Below, one piece after another: positions 17,196 through 25,204 of a DNA stretch of 34,047 nucleotides. The DNA is from Verrucomicrobiota bacterium (lineage in GTDB: Bacteria > Verrucomicrobiota > Verrucomicrobiia > Opitutales > Opitutaceae), in assembly GCA_041165185.1 (NCBI GenBank), contig JBEANZ010000006.1, positions 1-34,047 on the forward strand, given 5' to 3'. Below the pieces are notes generated by a model. It did no database searches. It had not been told where the DNA came from and saw only the letters and a list, made by a program, of their open reading frames with translations. Each line of letters starts with the position of its first letter. Position 1 is the stretch's first letter. The position numbers were made by a program, and so were the translations under genes.

Positions 17196-17546
17196 GTGTA
17201 TCAGGTGACGTTTTCCGCGCAGGCGATGCGCGAGCTCAACCGCCTCGACCAGCTCGCGCAGCTCGACGCCATCGAGCCCATCGGCGCGCTCAAGCCCTCC
17301 GATCTTGCGCAGCCGCGCGAGCCGCTGGGGCGGTTTCACCGCGGGGCGCGCGAGCTCTACCGGCTGCGCGCGGGGGATTTTCGGTTTTATTTCGAGGCCA
17401 AGGGCGAGTCGCTCCACGTGGACTACATCCTGCACAAAAACTCGCTCGAGGATTTCCTCCTGCGCAACAAGCTCCCCGTCTCCGAACAGCAGCTCGTGGA
17501 GCAGCATTCCAAGTTTTGGAAATACCTGGAGGGCCTGACCAAATGA
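17196..17546 (+). CDS. RelE/ParE-fold protein with C-terminal extension; no adjacent antitoxin
   Basis: GTG start. MYQVTFSAQAMRELNRLDQ...LYRLRAGDFRFYFEAKGESLHVDYILHKNS follows the RelE/ParE pattern (Y-x-V-x-F-S-x-x-A, then YRLRVGDYR-like, then a strand and H-K/R). About 30 extra residues follow (LEDFLLRNKLPVSEQQLVEQHSKFWKYLEGLTK). The stop overlaps the pssA start as ATGA. Confidence 0.7.
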   Translation: MYQVTFSAQAMRELNRLDQLAQLDAIEPIGALKPSDLAQPREPLGRFHRGARELYRLRAGDFRFYFEAKGESLHVDYILHKNSLEDFLLRNKLPVSEQQLVEQHSKFWKYLEGLTK

Positions 17547-18454
17547 TCTTCCGCCGCCGCCAACGTGCCGCCGCCCGCGAGGAGGCCCGTGATCTCGCCC
17601 ACCGCGAGAATCCCTACAACGTCACGCAGGCCAGCCACATCTATTTCCTGCCCAACCTGATGACGGCCGGAAACCTCTTCTGCGGCTTCATCGCGATCAT
17701 GAACTGCATCCAGGCGCGGCTCGCCGAGACCGCGTTCACCGGCGAATACCTCGGGCTCACGCCGGCGGACCACTACCGGTGGGCGGTTTACTTCATCTTT
17801 TTCGCGGCGGGGTTCGATGCGCTCGACGGCCGGCTCGCGCGGATGGGCGGGCGCGAGTCGCTGTTTGGCGCGGAGTTCGACTCGCTGGCGGACGTGGTGT
17901 CGTTCGGCGTCGCGCCGATGCTGCTGATGCTCTACCTGATTTTGAAACCGACCGAGGAATACCCCATCTTCCGCAATATCGGGTGGGCGATCGGGTTTGT
18001 TTACCTGCTGTGTGCGGCGATGCGGCTGGCGCGGTTCAACGTCATCACCAACCCGCTGCTCCATCCCGGCGACAAGGAAACGCACAAGGATTTCGTGGGC
18101 CTGCCGGTGCCCGCCGCCGCCGGCTCCGTCGCGGCGATGGTGTTGTTCCTCCTCGGCCTCGCCGAGCACGACAAGTCGCTGAAGACCTGGGCGCTCGCCC
18201 TGCCGTTTCTCATGCTGCTCATCGCGCTGCTGATGATGAGCCGCGTGCGCTACCCGAGCGGGAAAAACCTCAACCTGCAGACACAGATGCGCCTCCGGCC
18301 GTTCGCGCTGGTGCTGGCGTTCCTGATCGTCGCCTACTTTTTCAAGGAATACGCGCTGCTCGCCGCGTGCCTCGGCTACATCTTCTTCGGCCTCATCCGG
18401 CACTGGCAGCGGCCCGCCGCCGCGTCGCCTTCGGCCCGCCCGGATAACTTGTGA
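17543..18454 (+). CDS. pssA: CDP-diacylglycerol--serine O-phosphatidyltransferase (CDP-alcohol phosphatidyltransferase family)
   Basis: Start at ATG 17543 (MIFRRRQ). NLMTAGNLFCGF plus the signature DALDGRLARMGGRESLFGAEFDSLADVVSFGVAP, that is D-G-x2-A-R-x8-G-x3-D-x3-D. Multiple TM helices. Confidence 0.88.
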   Translation: MIFRRRQRAAAREEARDLAHRENPYNVTQASHIYFLPNLMTAGNLFCGFIAIMNCIQARLAETAFTGEYLGLTPADHYRWAVYFIFFAAGFDALDGRLARMGGRESLFGAEFDSLADVVSFGVAPMLLMLYLILKPTEEYPIFRNIGWAIGFVYLLCAAMRLARFNVITNPLLHPGDKETHKDFVGLPVPAAAGSVAAMVLFLLGLAEHDKSLKTWALALPFLMLLIALLMMSRVRYPSGKNLNLQTQMRLRPFALVLAFLIVAYFFKEYALLAACLGYIFFGLIRHWQRPAAASPSARPDNL

Positions 18455-18693
18455 GCCGTCTGCGCGGCGTCACCCGATAACTTTCCCGATGCGAACAACC
18501 CCGCGCTTATGCGCATCGCGGCGTGCGGTTGTTCGCAGCCTCGCGATCGCGCCCCGCCCCGGTGAAAACGCCCTGGCGCGGGGCGGTTGTTGGGCTTCTT
18601 CGCTCGCATAAGACTACGGATAGAATTCCTAATTGAACTCCTCTTCTTTTATCCTTTGTTAGCTTCTCTCGCGCCCCGCGCGCGATCCCCCGC

Positions 18694-19818
18694 ATGAAAT
18701 TCAAAATCAACCGCGATCACTTCGCCAACGGCCTCGCCCAGGTCCTCAACGTCGTGGGCTCCAAGGCCACCATGCCCATCCTGAGCAACGTGCTCATCGA
18801 GGCGGACAAGGATTACGTCTCCCTCACCACCACCAATCTCGACCTTGGCATCCGTTGCAAAATCAAGGCCGAGGTGAAGGAAACCGGCTCCATCACCCTC
18901 CCCGTCAAGCGTCTCGCCGGCATCGTCCGCGAGCTGCCCAACGTCGATGTGGCGTTCGACGCCGCGCCCAACCTCTCCGTCAAGCTCACCTCCGGCGGCT
19001 CCACCTTCCGTATCATGGGCATCGCCCGCGACGAGTTCCCCCCGCTGCCGGAATTCGGCGACGAGAAGGCCTACGAACTCGAGCAGGCCGAACTCGCCGC
19101 GATGCTCAAGAGCGTCGATTACGCGCAGTCGACCGACGAGACCCGCTACATCCTCAACGGCGTCTATTTCAACTTTAAGGACGGCAAACTCTCGCTCGTC
19201 GCCACCGACGGCCGCCGTCTCGCCCTCACCGCCAAGGACATGGAAGTCCCCGCCGCCAGCGCCGGCGCCATCATCCTCCCCGCGAAAACCGTCGCCGAAC
19301 TCACGCGCCTCCTCACCAAGGGCACGAAGGCGAAAATCAACTTCAACGACCGCCGCGCCGCCTTCCAGATCGCCACCGACAAGGACTCCAGCGGCCTCGT
19401 CGATCACGTTTACCTCTACTCGAAAGTCGTCGAGGGCAACTACCCCAACTACCAGCAGGTCATCCCCAAGGAGACGCACCAGCGCATCAAGCTCGAGCGC
19501 GAGCTGTTCCTCCAGTGCATCCACCGCGCGGCGCTCGTGTGCTCGGAGAAATCGAACTCCGTCAAAATCAAACTCACCAGCAACCTCCTCGAAATCACCG
19601 CGCAGAGCCCGGACTTCGGCGAGGCCCACGAATCGATGGCCATCGGCTACAGCGGCCCCGAACTGCAGGTCGCGTTTAACCCGGCCTTCCTCATGGACCC
19701 GCTCCGCGCGCTCGCGAAGGACGAGGTGTTTTTCGAGGTGAAAGACGAGGTGAGCCCGGGCGTCTTCAAGACCCTCGACAGCTTCGTCTGCGTGATCATG
19801 CCCGTGCGGTTGAGCTGA
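18694..19818 (+). CDS. dnaN: DNA polymerase III subunit beta (sliding clamp)
   Basis: [17 protein letters not shown]...ILSNVLIEA...[10 protein letters not shown]...YILNGVYF...[10 protein letters not shown]...[11 protein letters not shown]. Length 374 aa with three-domain clamp layout. Confidence 0.95.
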   Translation: MKFKINRDHFANGLAQVLNVVGSKATMPILSNVLIEADKDYVSLTTTNLDLGIRCKIKAEVKETGSITLPVKRLAGIVRELPNVDVAFDAAPNLSVKLTSGGSTFRIMGIARDEFPPLPEFGDEKAYELEQAELAAMLKSVDYAQSTDETRYILNGVYFNFKDGKLSLVATDGRRLALTAKDMEVPAASAGAIILPAKTVAELTRLLTKGTKAKINFNDRRAAFQIATDKDSSGLVDHVYLYSKVVEGNYPNYQQVIPKETHQRIKLERELFLQCIHRAALVCSEKSNSVKIKLTSNLLEITAQSPDFGEAHESMAIGYSGPELQVAFNPAFLMDPLRALAKDEVFFEVKDEVSPGVFKTLDSFVCVIMPVRLS

Positions 19819-19911
19819 TTTTTTTGCGCGCGGCGGCCAACCCCGCAGCTCCGCGTCGGCGCGCGGCCGCGTGCGCGCGCCGCGCTCATCTCCCCACCGC
19901 CCGCTCCTCCC

Positions 19912-20790
19912 GTGGATCCCACCTACCTTTTCGCCCCGGCCATCCTGCTCTCGTTTGCGCTGGCGCAGCTCAACCTCCGCCTCGCCTCGCCGATTATCGG
20001 CATCGTCGACCGCTGGCTGCGCTGGCTGGTCTTCGCCTTTGGCGGCGCGATCTTCAGCCAATATTACGAGCTGATCGACCGGCCGTTCTGGGCGCTGGCG
20101 ACGGCGTTTTTCCTCCTCTGGTTCCTCGGCGAGACGCTCTACAACTGGCTCGCCATCTCCGCGCTCAGCGGCAGCCCGCTCCCGCTCTTTCCCCGCTACG
20201 CCGTCAATACCAGCGGCGAGGAATGGCCCGTGCAACCGCGCCTGATGCGCATCCGCGAATGGCTCCGCGCCCAGGGCTTCCGCCAGATCCAGGCCGTAAA
20301 GGCCGAGATCGACACCGCGACCCACCTGCGCGCCTCCGTCTACCAGGACGCGCAGTCGACCCTGCGCGTGCAGGTGACGTTTCTGCCGCAGGCCAGCGGC
20401 GCCGTGACCGTCTGCTACACCATCAGCTCCGTGACCGCCGACGGCCGCCGCTACGTGACGGAAAACCTCTTCTCGCCCTTCGCCGGGTTTTTCCCGGAAC
20501 ACTGGTTCGTGGAACGCGCCCCGCTGCGCCGCTCGCTCCCGCGCCTGCTCGCCCGCCACCGCGCGCGCCTCGCCGCCGCCGGTGCGACCCCGGTGCCCTT
20601 CACGAACGAACCCCTCGCCGATCTCAACGCGACCCAAAGCGAACTCGACGCGTTGAACACCGAGCTGGGCTTTCTGCACACGCACGCCGAGCGCGAGGAG
20701 CACGGCAAAATCACCCACGAAGGCCGCTACCGCGTGTGGAAGGAAATCTGGACCCTGAACTACCTCGGCCGCGCGGCGAAGTATGAGTAA
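19912..20790 (+). CDS. Hypothetical membrane protein (three N-terminal TM helices plus a soluble C-terminal domain)
   Basis: GTG start. Hydrophobic helices APAILLSFALAQL, WLVFAFGGAIF and WALATAFFLLWFLG. The 200-aa C-terminal domain has no motif I recognise. Confidence 0.6.
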   Translation: MDPTYLFAPAILLSFALAQLNLRLASPIIGIVDRWLRWLVFAFGGAIFSQYYELIDRPFWALATAFFLLWFLGETLYNWLAISALSGSPLPLFPRYAVNTSGEEWPVQPRLMRIREWLRAQGFRQIQAVKAEIDTATHLRASVYQDAQSTLRVQVTFLPQASGAVTVCYTISSVTADGRRYVTENLFSPFAGFFPEHWFVERAPLRRSLPRLLARHRARLAAAGATPVPFTNEPLADLNATQSELDALNTELGFLHTHAEREEHGKITHEGRYRVWKEIWTLNYLGRAAKYE

Positions 20791-20840
20791 GCGGTCGCGC
20801 CGGTCTTGGACCGGCGTGTGATGGCGGCAGAAAAAAATCT

Positions 20841-21105
20841 GGTTCCTCGCTGTTTTCGGTGGGTAGCTGTCGAGGATTGGGAGCCCCAACGGGGCGAAAA
20901 GTTGAAAGCCCAGGGCAACGCCCTGGGAAATGATCCCCCACGAATCCAAGCCCTGAAAGGGCGAAACTGGACAAGGGTGTCGCCCCTTCAGGGCGAGGAC
21001 ATTTTTCCAACGGGAATCCCAGGGCGTTGCCCTGGGCTTTCGACTTTCGCCCCTTCGGGGCTTCTGAGCGGGCTGCCGTCGATCCACTGAAAACAGCGAG
21101 GAACC
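20841..21105. mobile_element. MITE, copy B (265 bp), with perfect 17-bp terminal inverted repeats and an 8-bp target-site duplication
   Basis: TIR ggttcctcgctgttttc (20841..20857) / gaaaacagcgaggaacc (21089..21105). It is flanked by the direct repeat aaaaatct at 20833..20840 and 21106..21113. Internally it carries hairpins cccagggcaacgccctggg and cccagggcgttgccctggg and a central hairpin gccctgaaagggcga...tcgccccttcagggc. The whole element is a long imperfect palindrome. Confidence 0.85.
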
Positions 21106-21119
21106 AAAAATCTCGTCCG

Positions 21120-21293
21120 TCAGCGCAAGCGCCGGCGAATCCATTTGGGATCGCGGCGGCAATCGAGCACGGCCTTCACGACGGCGGTTTTTCCATCGAC
21201 GGAATAATAGACACCATACGGAAACCGCCGGGAAAGGAACCAGAAGCCGTCCTCGAGATCGGCGTTCGCCGACGGCAGGATCACCGGCGTCAC
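21120..21293 (-). CDS. RelE/ParE-family toxin remnant (57 aa, apparent internal deletion)
   Basis: GTG at 21293 overlaps the antitoxin stop (GTGA). It retains an N-terminal A-x-DLE and the C-terminal RRFPYGVYYSVDGKTAVVKAVLDCRRDPKWI characteristic of the ParE group paired with TIGR02574-type antitoxins. It lacks the roughly 35-40 residue middle helical hairpin. Confidence 0.6.
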   Translation of the reverse strand: MTPVILPSANADLEDGFWFLSRRFPYGVYYSVDGKTAVVKAVLDCRRDPKWIRRRLR

Positions 21294-21481
21294 AGCAATT
21301 TTGCGCGTAGGTGTTTCTTGGCTTCTTCCCAATCGACGGGGACCTCCAACCCGGCTTGGAGGCGTGCTTCGCGCTCCTTTAGCACGGCCTCGTGCCACGC
21401 CGGCGATTCCACATCCGCGGGGTTGCGGCTCAGGTCCGCCCAGAGCGCTTTCATCACTTCGAGTTTTTCGGCCACCGTCAT
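21290..21481 (-). CDS. Putative addiction-module antitoxin (TIGR02574-like)
   Basis: Start at ATG 21481 (MTVAEKLEVMKALWADLSRNPADVESPAWHEAVLKEREARLQAG...). The L-x-x-A-L-W-D-S-L-like helix and the AWH...L..R motif match my memory of this antitoxin family. Confidence 0.75.
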   Translation of the reverse strand: MTVAEKLEVMKALWADLSRNPADVESPAWHEAVLKEREARLQAGLEVPVDWEEAKKHLRAKLL

Positions 21482-21563
21482 TTTTTCCAGCGGCAGTGTG
21501 ATGCTCGTGGCCCGTGGAGATAGTCGCGGATGGTTCGGATTCAAACCCGAATCTCCCTCGCCC

Positions 21564-22601
21564 TCACCCCCCGATGTAGCTCATCTCCACCTTCGCGCGC
21601 GCCTCGCCGCTCGCCAACAACTCCGCCCGTTCGTCGCTGTAGCGGTCGAGCCGGCCGCGCCAGATGCGCGCGAGAAAATTCTCCAGCTCCCCGCCCTCCG
21701 CTCCCGCGCGCAACGCCCCGAGCACATCCCACCCGAGCGACGCGAACAGACACGTGAACAACCGCCCGTCCGCCGAGAGCCGCGCCCGGTGGCAGTCGCG
21801 GCAAAACGGCTCCGTCACCGATCCGATGAGCCCGATCTCGCCGCGGCCGTCGCGGTAGCGGTAGCGCGCCGCGACCTCGCCGCGATACGCCGGCCCGACC
21901 GGCTCCAGCGGCCAGATCGCGTCGAGGCGCGCGACGATTTCCTTTGCCGGCACCACGCGCTCGGCGGCCCAGCGGTTCGTGTTGCCCACGTCCATGAACT
22001 CGATGAACCGCAACGCGTGCCCGCGCTCGCGGAAATATTCGGCGAGCGCGGGCAGTTCCGCGTCGTTCACGCCGCGCTGCACCACGCAGTTGATTTTGAT
22101 CGGCAGGCCGAGCGCCGCCGCCGCGTCGATCCCGCGCAGCACGCGCCCGACCTTGAAGCCGAGGCCGTTCAACTTCCCCGCCGTCGCGTCGTCGAGCGAA
22201 TCGACGGACACGTTGAGCCGGTCGAGTCCGGCGGCGCGCAGGGCGGGCGCGAGTTTTTCGAGCAGCCAGCCGTTGGTCGTGAGCGCGACATCGCGCACGC
22301 CGAGCTCGTGTTTCAAGATGCGGATCAGCTCCGGCACGTCGGCGCGGAGGAGCGGTTCGCCGCCGGTGAGGCGGACTTTTTCCACGCCGAGCGCGCGAAA
22401 CGCCGCGACGATTTTCACCAGCTCCGCGAGCGTCATGAGCTGCGGGTCGCGGAGGAACTGGTAGCCCGGCCCAAACACCTCCTGCGGCATGCAGTAGGGG
22501 CAGCGGAAATTGCAGCGGTCGGTGACCGAAATGCGCAGGTCGTGCAGCGGGCGTTGAAACTGATCGCGGACGGGCGCGGGAGCTTGGATCACGGAAGGCA
22601 C
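21564..22601 (-). CDS. moaA: GTP 3',8-cyclase (molybdenum cofactor biosynthesis protein A)
   Basis: Radical-SAM cluster motif LRISVTDRCNFRCPYCMP, LTGGEPLLR, TTNG, and a C-terminal second-cluster region C-x2-C-x13-C (FCRDCHRARLSADGRLFTC). Ends in GG. Confidence 0.95.
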   Translation of the reverse strand: MPSVIQAPAPVRDQFQRPLHDLRISVTDRCNFRCPYCMPQEVFGPGYQFLRDPQLMTLAELVKIVAAFRALGVEKVRLTGGEPLLRADVPELIRILKHELGVRDVALTTNGWLLEKLAPALRAAGLDRLNVSVDSLDDATAGKLNGLGFKVGRVLRGIDAAAALGLPIKINCVVQRGVNDAELPALAEYFRERGHALRFIEFMDVGNTNRWAAERVVPAKEIVARLDAIWPLEPVGPAYRGEVAARYRYRDGRGEIGLIGSVTEPFCRDCHRARLSADGRLFTCLFASLGWDVLGALRAGAEGGELENFLARIWRGRLDRYSDERAELLASGEARAKVEMSYIGG

Positions 22602-22787
22602 GGCGATCCACAGAGGGCACAGCGCCGGGGAATTTACCAGATTTCAGTGCCGGCCCACGGGCAACGGGCGGGTGCGGCGGAGGCGAGGCCTGCTCCCGAG
22701 TGCTATGGGTCGGGACAGGATTTTGGGGTCCACGCGCGTTTTCGCCCAAGGGCTACGGCGGGCGGGATGCCTCGTCCTCGACTTGGC

Positions 22788-25064
22788 TCAGAGTTTCGTC
22801 GAGATCGAGAGCGTGAATTTCCGCTGCTCGCCGATGTTCAACGTGAGCGCGCTTTGCGCGGACGCGATGTAGCGGCGGTCGAGGAGATTCTGGATGTTCA
22901 GCGCGACGTTGTAGCGGCTCCACTTGTAGTAAACCGAGCTGTCCACGCGCGACCAACTGGCGAGGCGGTAGTAAACGGTCGTGGTCGGGTCGCCGGCCCA
23001 CGCGTCGCCGACGTAGACGAGGCCGGTGCCGACGCCGAGGCCCTTGAGGCCGCCCTGCGCGAAATTGTAGCGCGTCCAGAAGCTGGCGGATTTGCGCGGG
23101 GCGTTGGCGAGGTCCAGACCGACGCTCGTCGGGTTGCGCGTCGAGGCGGCGATGATGGCCTTTGAGTAGGCGTAGCCGGCTTGGAGCTGCCAGTTGGGAA
23201 TCGGCTGCCATTGCACCTCGAGTTCGGTGCCCTTGCTGGTCTGCTTGCCGTCGAGGCGGGAGATGGCCTGGCCGACGGTGGCGGAACCGGTCGGGACGGT
23301 GAAGTTGGTGCCGGAGGGGACGACGACGTTGGTGCGCGTGATCTCGTAGGTGGCGAGGGTGATGTTCACGTGGCGGCTGGGCGTGCTGAACTTGAGGCCG
23401 CCCTCGTATTGCTCGCCGGTCTCGGGCGGGAAGTTGCTGTTGCCGTTCACGTCGTAGGCGATGTTGGTCTGCGGCTTGATCGATTCGCTCCAGCTGCCGT
23501 AGGCGGAGATCTGCGGCGTGATTGCGTAGACGGCGCCGAGTTGGCGGGTGTTGGCCTTGAGCTCGGTGGCGAAGGTGGTGAGCGTGGGGTTGAGGGTGTT
23601 TTGGCCGTGGACGCGCTGGCGGTCGCGGCGGAGGCCGAGGGAGAGATTCAGTTTGTCGCCAATTTTGATCTGGTCGGAGACATAGGCGCCGAGCGCGCCT
23701 TGCCAGGTGACCTGATTCGTGACGCCGGCGGGGACCGCGGGATAGTCGGCGACCTGATCGATGATCGGGTTGGTGAGGGCGATGGCTTGCGCGACGGTCT
23801 GGTTGGGGCCGAAGGCGAGGCGGGCGTTGCCGAAAAATTCGCCGCCGCCGCCGAGGCCGCCGAGGAGGGTCTGCTTGATTTTTCCGGCGGTGAAGACGCG
23901 GTAGATATTGGCGTCGACGAAATTGTAGCGGTGGCCGTTCTTCACGTAGTTGTATTGGCGGCGCAGGGTGGAGGTGGGACGGGCAAACGTGGAGGTGGGG
24001 TTGAACGTGTTGGCGTTGTTGACGGTGAGTTCGCGCACGACGTCGAGGTGCCAGACGGAGCGGCCGTTGACGCGCACGGTCCAGTCGCCGATCACGGTTT
24101 GGAAACGCAGCGCGCCAGCCTGGCCGCGGTCGGTGGCCTTGTCGCGGGTCTCCTGATAGACGGTGTTGAGCGGCGCGGTGAAGTAGGTGGCGGTGGGGCC
24201 GAACGCGGTGTTGTTGGTGAAGATCGGGATCACGCCGTCGTCCTGGCGGCGGAAGTCCTGGCTGATCTCGCCCTTGAGGGTGAGAAAGGTCTGCGGGCTC
24301 CACTTGTAGGTGAGCGCGGGGTAGATGGAGGAGGCGTTGTTCCAGTTGCCGGGGCGGGAGTTGGGCGAGTGGCCGACGTCGACGACCAGGCGGTAGAAGA
24401 GCCGCTTGCTCTGGCCGACGGGGCCGGTGGAATCGAGGCTCACGGTCTCGGTGTGGCGGCGGCCGAAGTCGCTGAACGCGCCGGAAAAGGTGCCGACGGT
24501 GACGCGCACGGTGTTTTCGCGGATCTCCTTCGGGTTTTTCGTGACGATGTTGAGCAGGCCGCCGGGATTCATCTGGCCGTAGAGGACGCCGTTGGGGCCC
24601 TTCAGGAATTCGAGCGAGTCGACGTTGGAGGCGCTGGAGCCACCCTTCTTCAGCGTGGCGCCCATGAGGCCGTCGAACTGGATGTTTTGCGTGTAGCTGC
24701 CGGTGTTCGGGAAGCCGCGGAACGAGAATCCGTTCACCGAATTCTGCGAGGCGGTCGCGCCGACGACGTAGGCGACGACATCGGTGAGGATGACGGCGTT
24801 GCGATCGGTGATGGCGGCGGAGTTGAGGATGGAGAGGGACGAGGCGAGCTCCTTCACATCCATCGGGAGCTTGGAAGCCATCGACGAGGACGACTGCGCA
24901 TAGCTGTCGAGGGTGGTGGAAACCTTGAAGGCCTCGAGCTTGACGACCTCGTCGTCGGACTTGGCGGCGGGGGCTTGCGCGGAAGCGAGCGGAGCGGTGA
25001 GGGCGGCGCAGCCGAGCGCGACAAGGACGCCGAGGCGGACAAACGGGGGTTTGGTGTGGTTCAT
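22788..25064 (-). CDS. TonB-dependent outer-membrane receptor (siderophore-receptor-like)
   Basis: Signal peptide LGVLVALGCAALTAPLASAQA, TonB-box-like DEVVKLEAFKVS, plug motifs (LEFLKGPNGVLYG), and a long beta-barrel with alternating-residue strands and a C-terminal strand. Length 758 aa. Confidence 0.9.
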   Translation of the reverse strand: MNHTKPPFVRLGVLVALGCAALTAPLASAQAPAAKSDDEVVKLEAFKVSTTLDSYAQSSSSMASKLPMDVKELASSLSILNSAAITDRNAVILTDVVAYVVGATASQNSVNGFSFRGFPNTGSYTQNIQFDGLMGATLKKGGSSASNVDSLEFLKGPNGVLYGQMNPGGLLNIVTKNPKEIRENTVRVTVGTFSGAFSDFGRRHTETVSLDSTGPVGQSKRLFYRLVVDVGHSPNSRPGNWNNASSIYPALTYKWSPQTFLTLKGEISQDFRRQDDGVIPIFTNNTAFGPTATYFTAPLNTVYQETRDKATDRGQAGALRFQTVIGDWTVRVNGRSVWHLDVVRELTVNNANTFNPTSTFARPTSTLRRQYNYVKNGHRYNFVDANIYRVFTAGKIKQTLLGGLGGGGEFFGNARLAFGPNQTVAQAIALTNPIIDQVADYPAVPAGVTNQVTWQGALGAYVSDQIKIGDKLNLSLGLRRDRQRVHGQNTLNPTLTTFATELKANTRQLGAVYAITPQISAYGSWSESIKPQTNIAYDVNGNSNFPPETGEQYEGGLKFSTPSRHVNITLATYEITRTNVVVPSGTNFTVPTGSATVGQAISRLDGKQTSKGTELEVQWQPIPNWQLQAGYAYSKAIIAASTRNPTSVGLDLANAPRKSASFWTRYNFAQGGLKGLGVGTGLVYVGDAWAGDPTTTVYYRLASWSRVDSSVYYKWSRYNVALNIQNLLDRRYIASAQSALTLNIGEQRKFTLSISTKL

Positions 25065-25114
25065 GGTCAGGAAAAACTACGACAGCCGGACGGAAGACGG
25101 TTCCCCAGCGTCGC

Positions 25115-25146
25115 AAAAAATGCGGCCGGCGGGTTAAGGCCGGCTG
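25115..25146 (-). terminator. Possible intrinsic terminator downstream of the peptidase gene
   Basis: On the minus strand: cagccggccttaacccgccggccgcatttttt, a 6-bp GC stem (gccggc/gccggc) followed after 4 nt by a T6 run. The stem is short, so support is modest. Confidence 0.4.
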
Positions 25147-25204
25147 AAGCAAAGCTGAATTTGCTTTTAGGCAAAGGCGGCGGGGATGGGTCGGGCCCGC
25201 TATT

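Noticed and set aside
14670-17507. A 945-aa ORF read as a single gene. Similar long N-terminal extensions occur in 3255..5288, 12778..14367, 7936..9681, 8208..10529, 5804..7549 and 7047..8906.
   Set aside because: The upstream parts are Arg/Pro-rich read-through that overlaps neighbouring real genes. Internal Met or GTG starts give proper signal peptides, Tat motifs or motif I at the expected distance, often with ATGA coupling.
18455-18693. A possible replication origin or DnaA-box cluster upstream of dnaN, in a locally AT-richer stretch
   Set aside because: Only a partial box-like ttatcc is visible. There is no cluster of TTATCCACA-like 9-mers and no dnaA gene adjacent. The region more plausibly holds the dnaN promoter and a weak pssA terminator hairpin (cgccccgc...gcggggcg).
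1522-21105. The two inverted MITE copies taken as the ends of a 19-kb composite transposon carrying the R-M system
   Set aside because: The interval includes core genes (dnaN, pssA). Copy B has its own 8-bp target duplication, which indicates an independent single-element insertion. There is no transposase, and the copies are diverged.
18649-21162. An 837-aa minus-strand ORF running antisense through dnaN and the next gene. Similar giants are 21027..23165 (+), 23181..25400 (+), 28942..30900 (-), 5540..7111 (+), 3702..5270 (-), 148..1476 (-), 10977..12332 (-), 14619..16133 (+) and 25319..27046 (+).
   Set aside because: All lie opposite or out of frame with genes that have strong family motifs. 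Their translations are Arg/Gly/Ala/Glu-rich low-complexity strings with no motifs. Long stop-free antisense frames are expected at this GC content.
22602-22787. A possible Moco riboswitch in the 186-nt moaA leader
   Set aside because: I cannot reproduce the conserved Moco-motif elements from memory with confidence. I see only a vague cgcctccg similarity and no GGAAAGG-like element. It needs cmsearch with Rfam RF01055 and is not reported as a feature.
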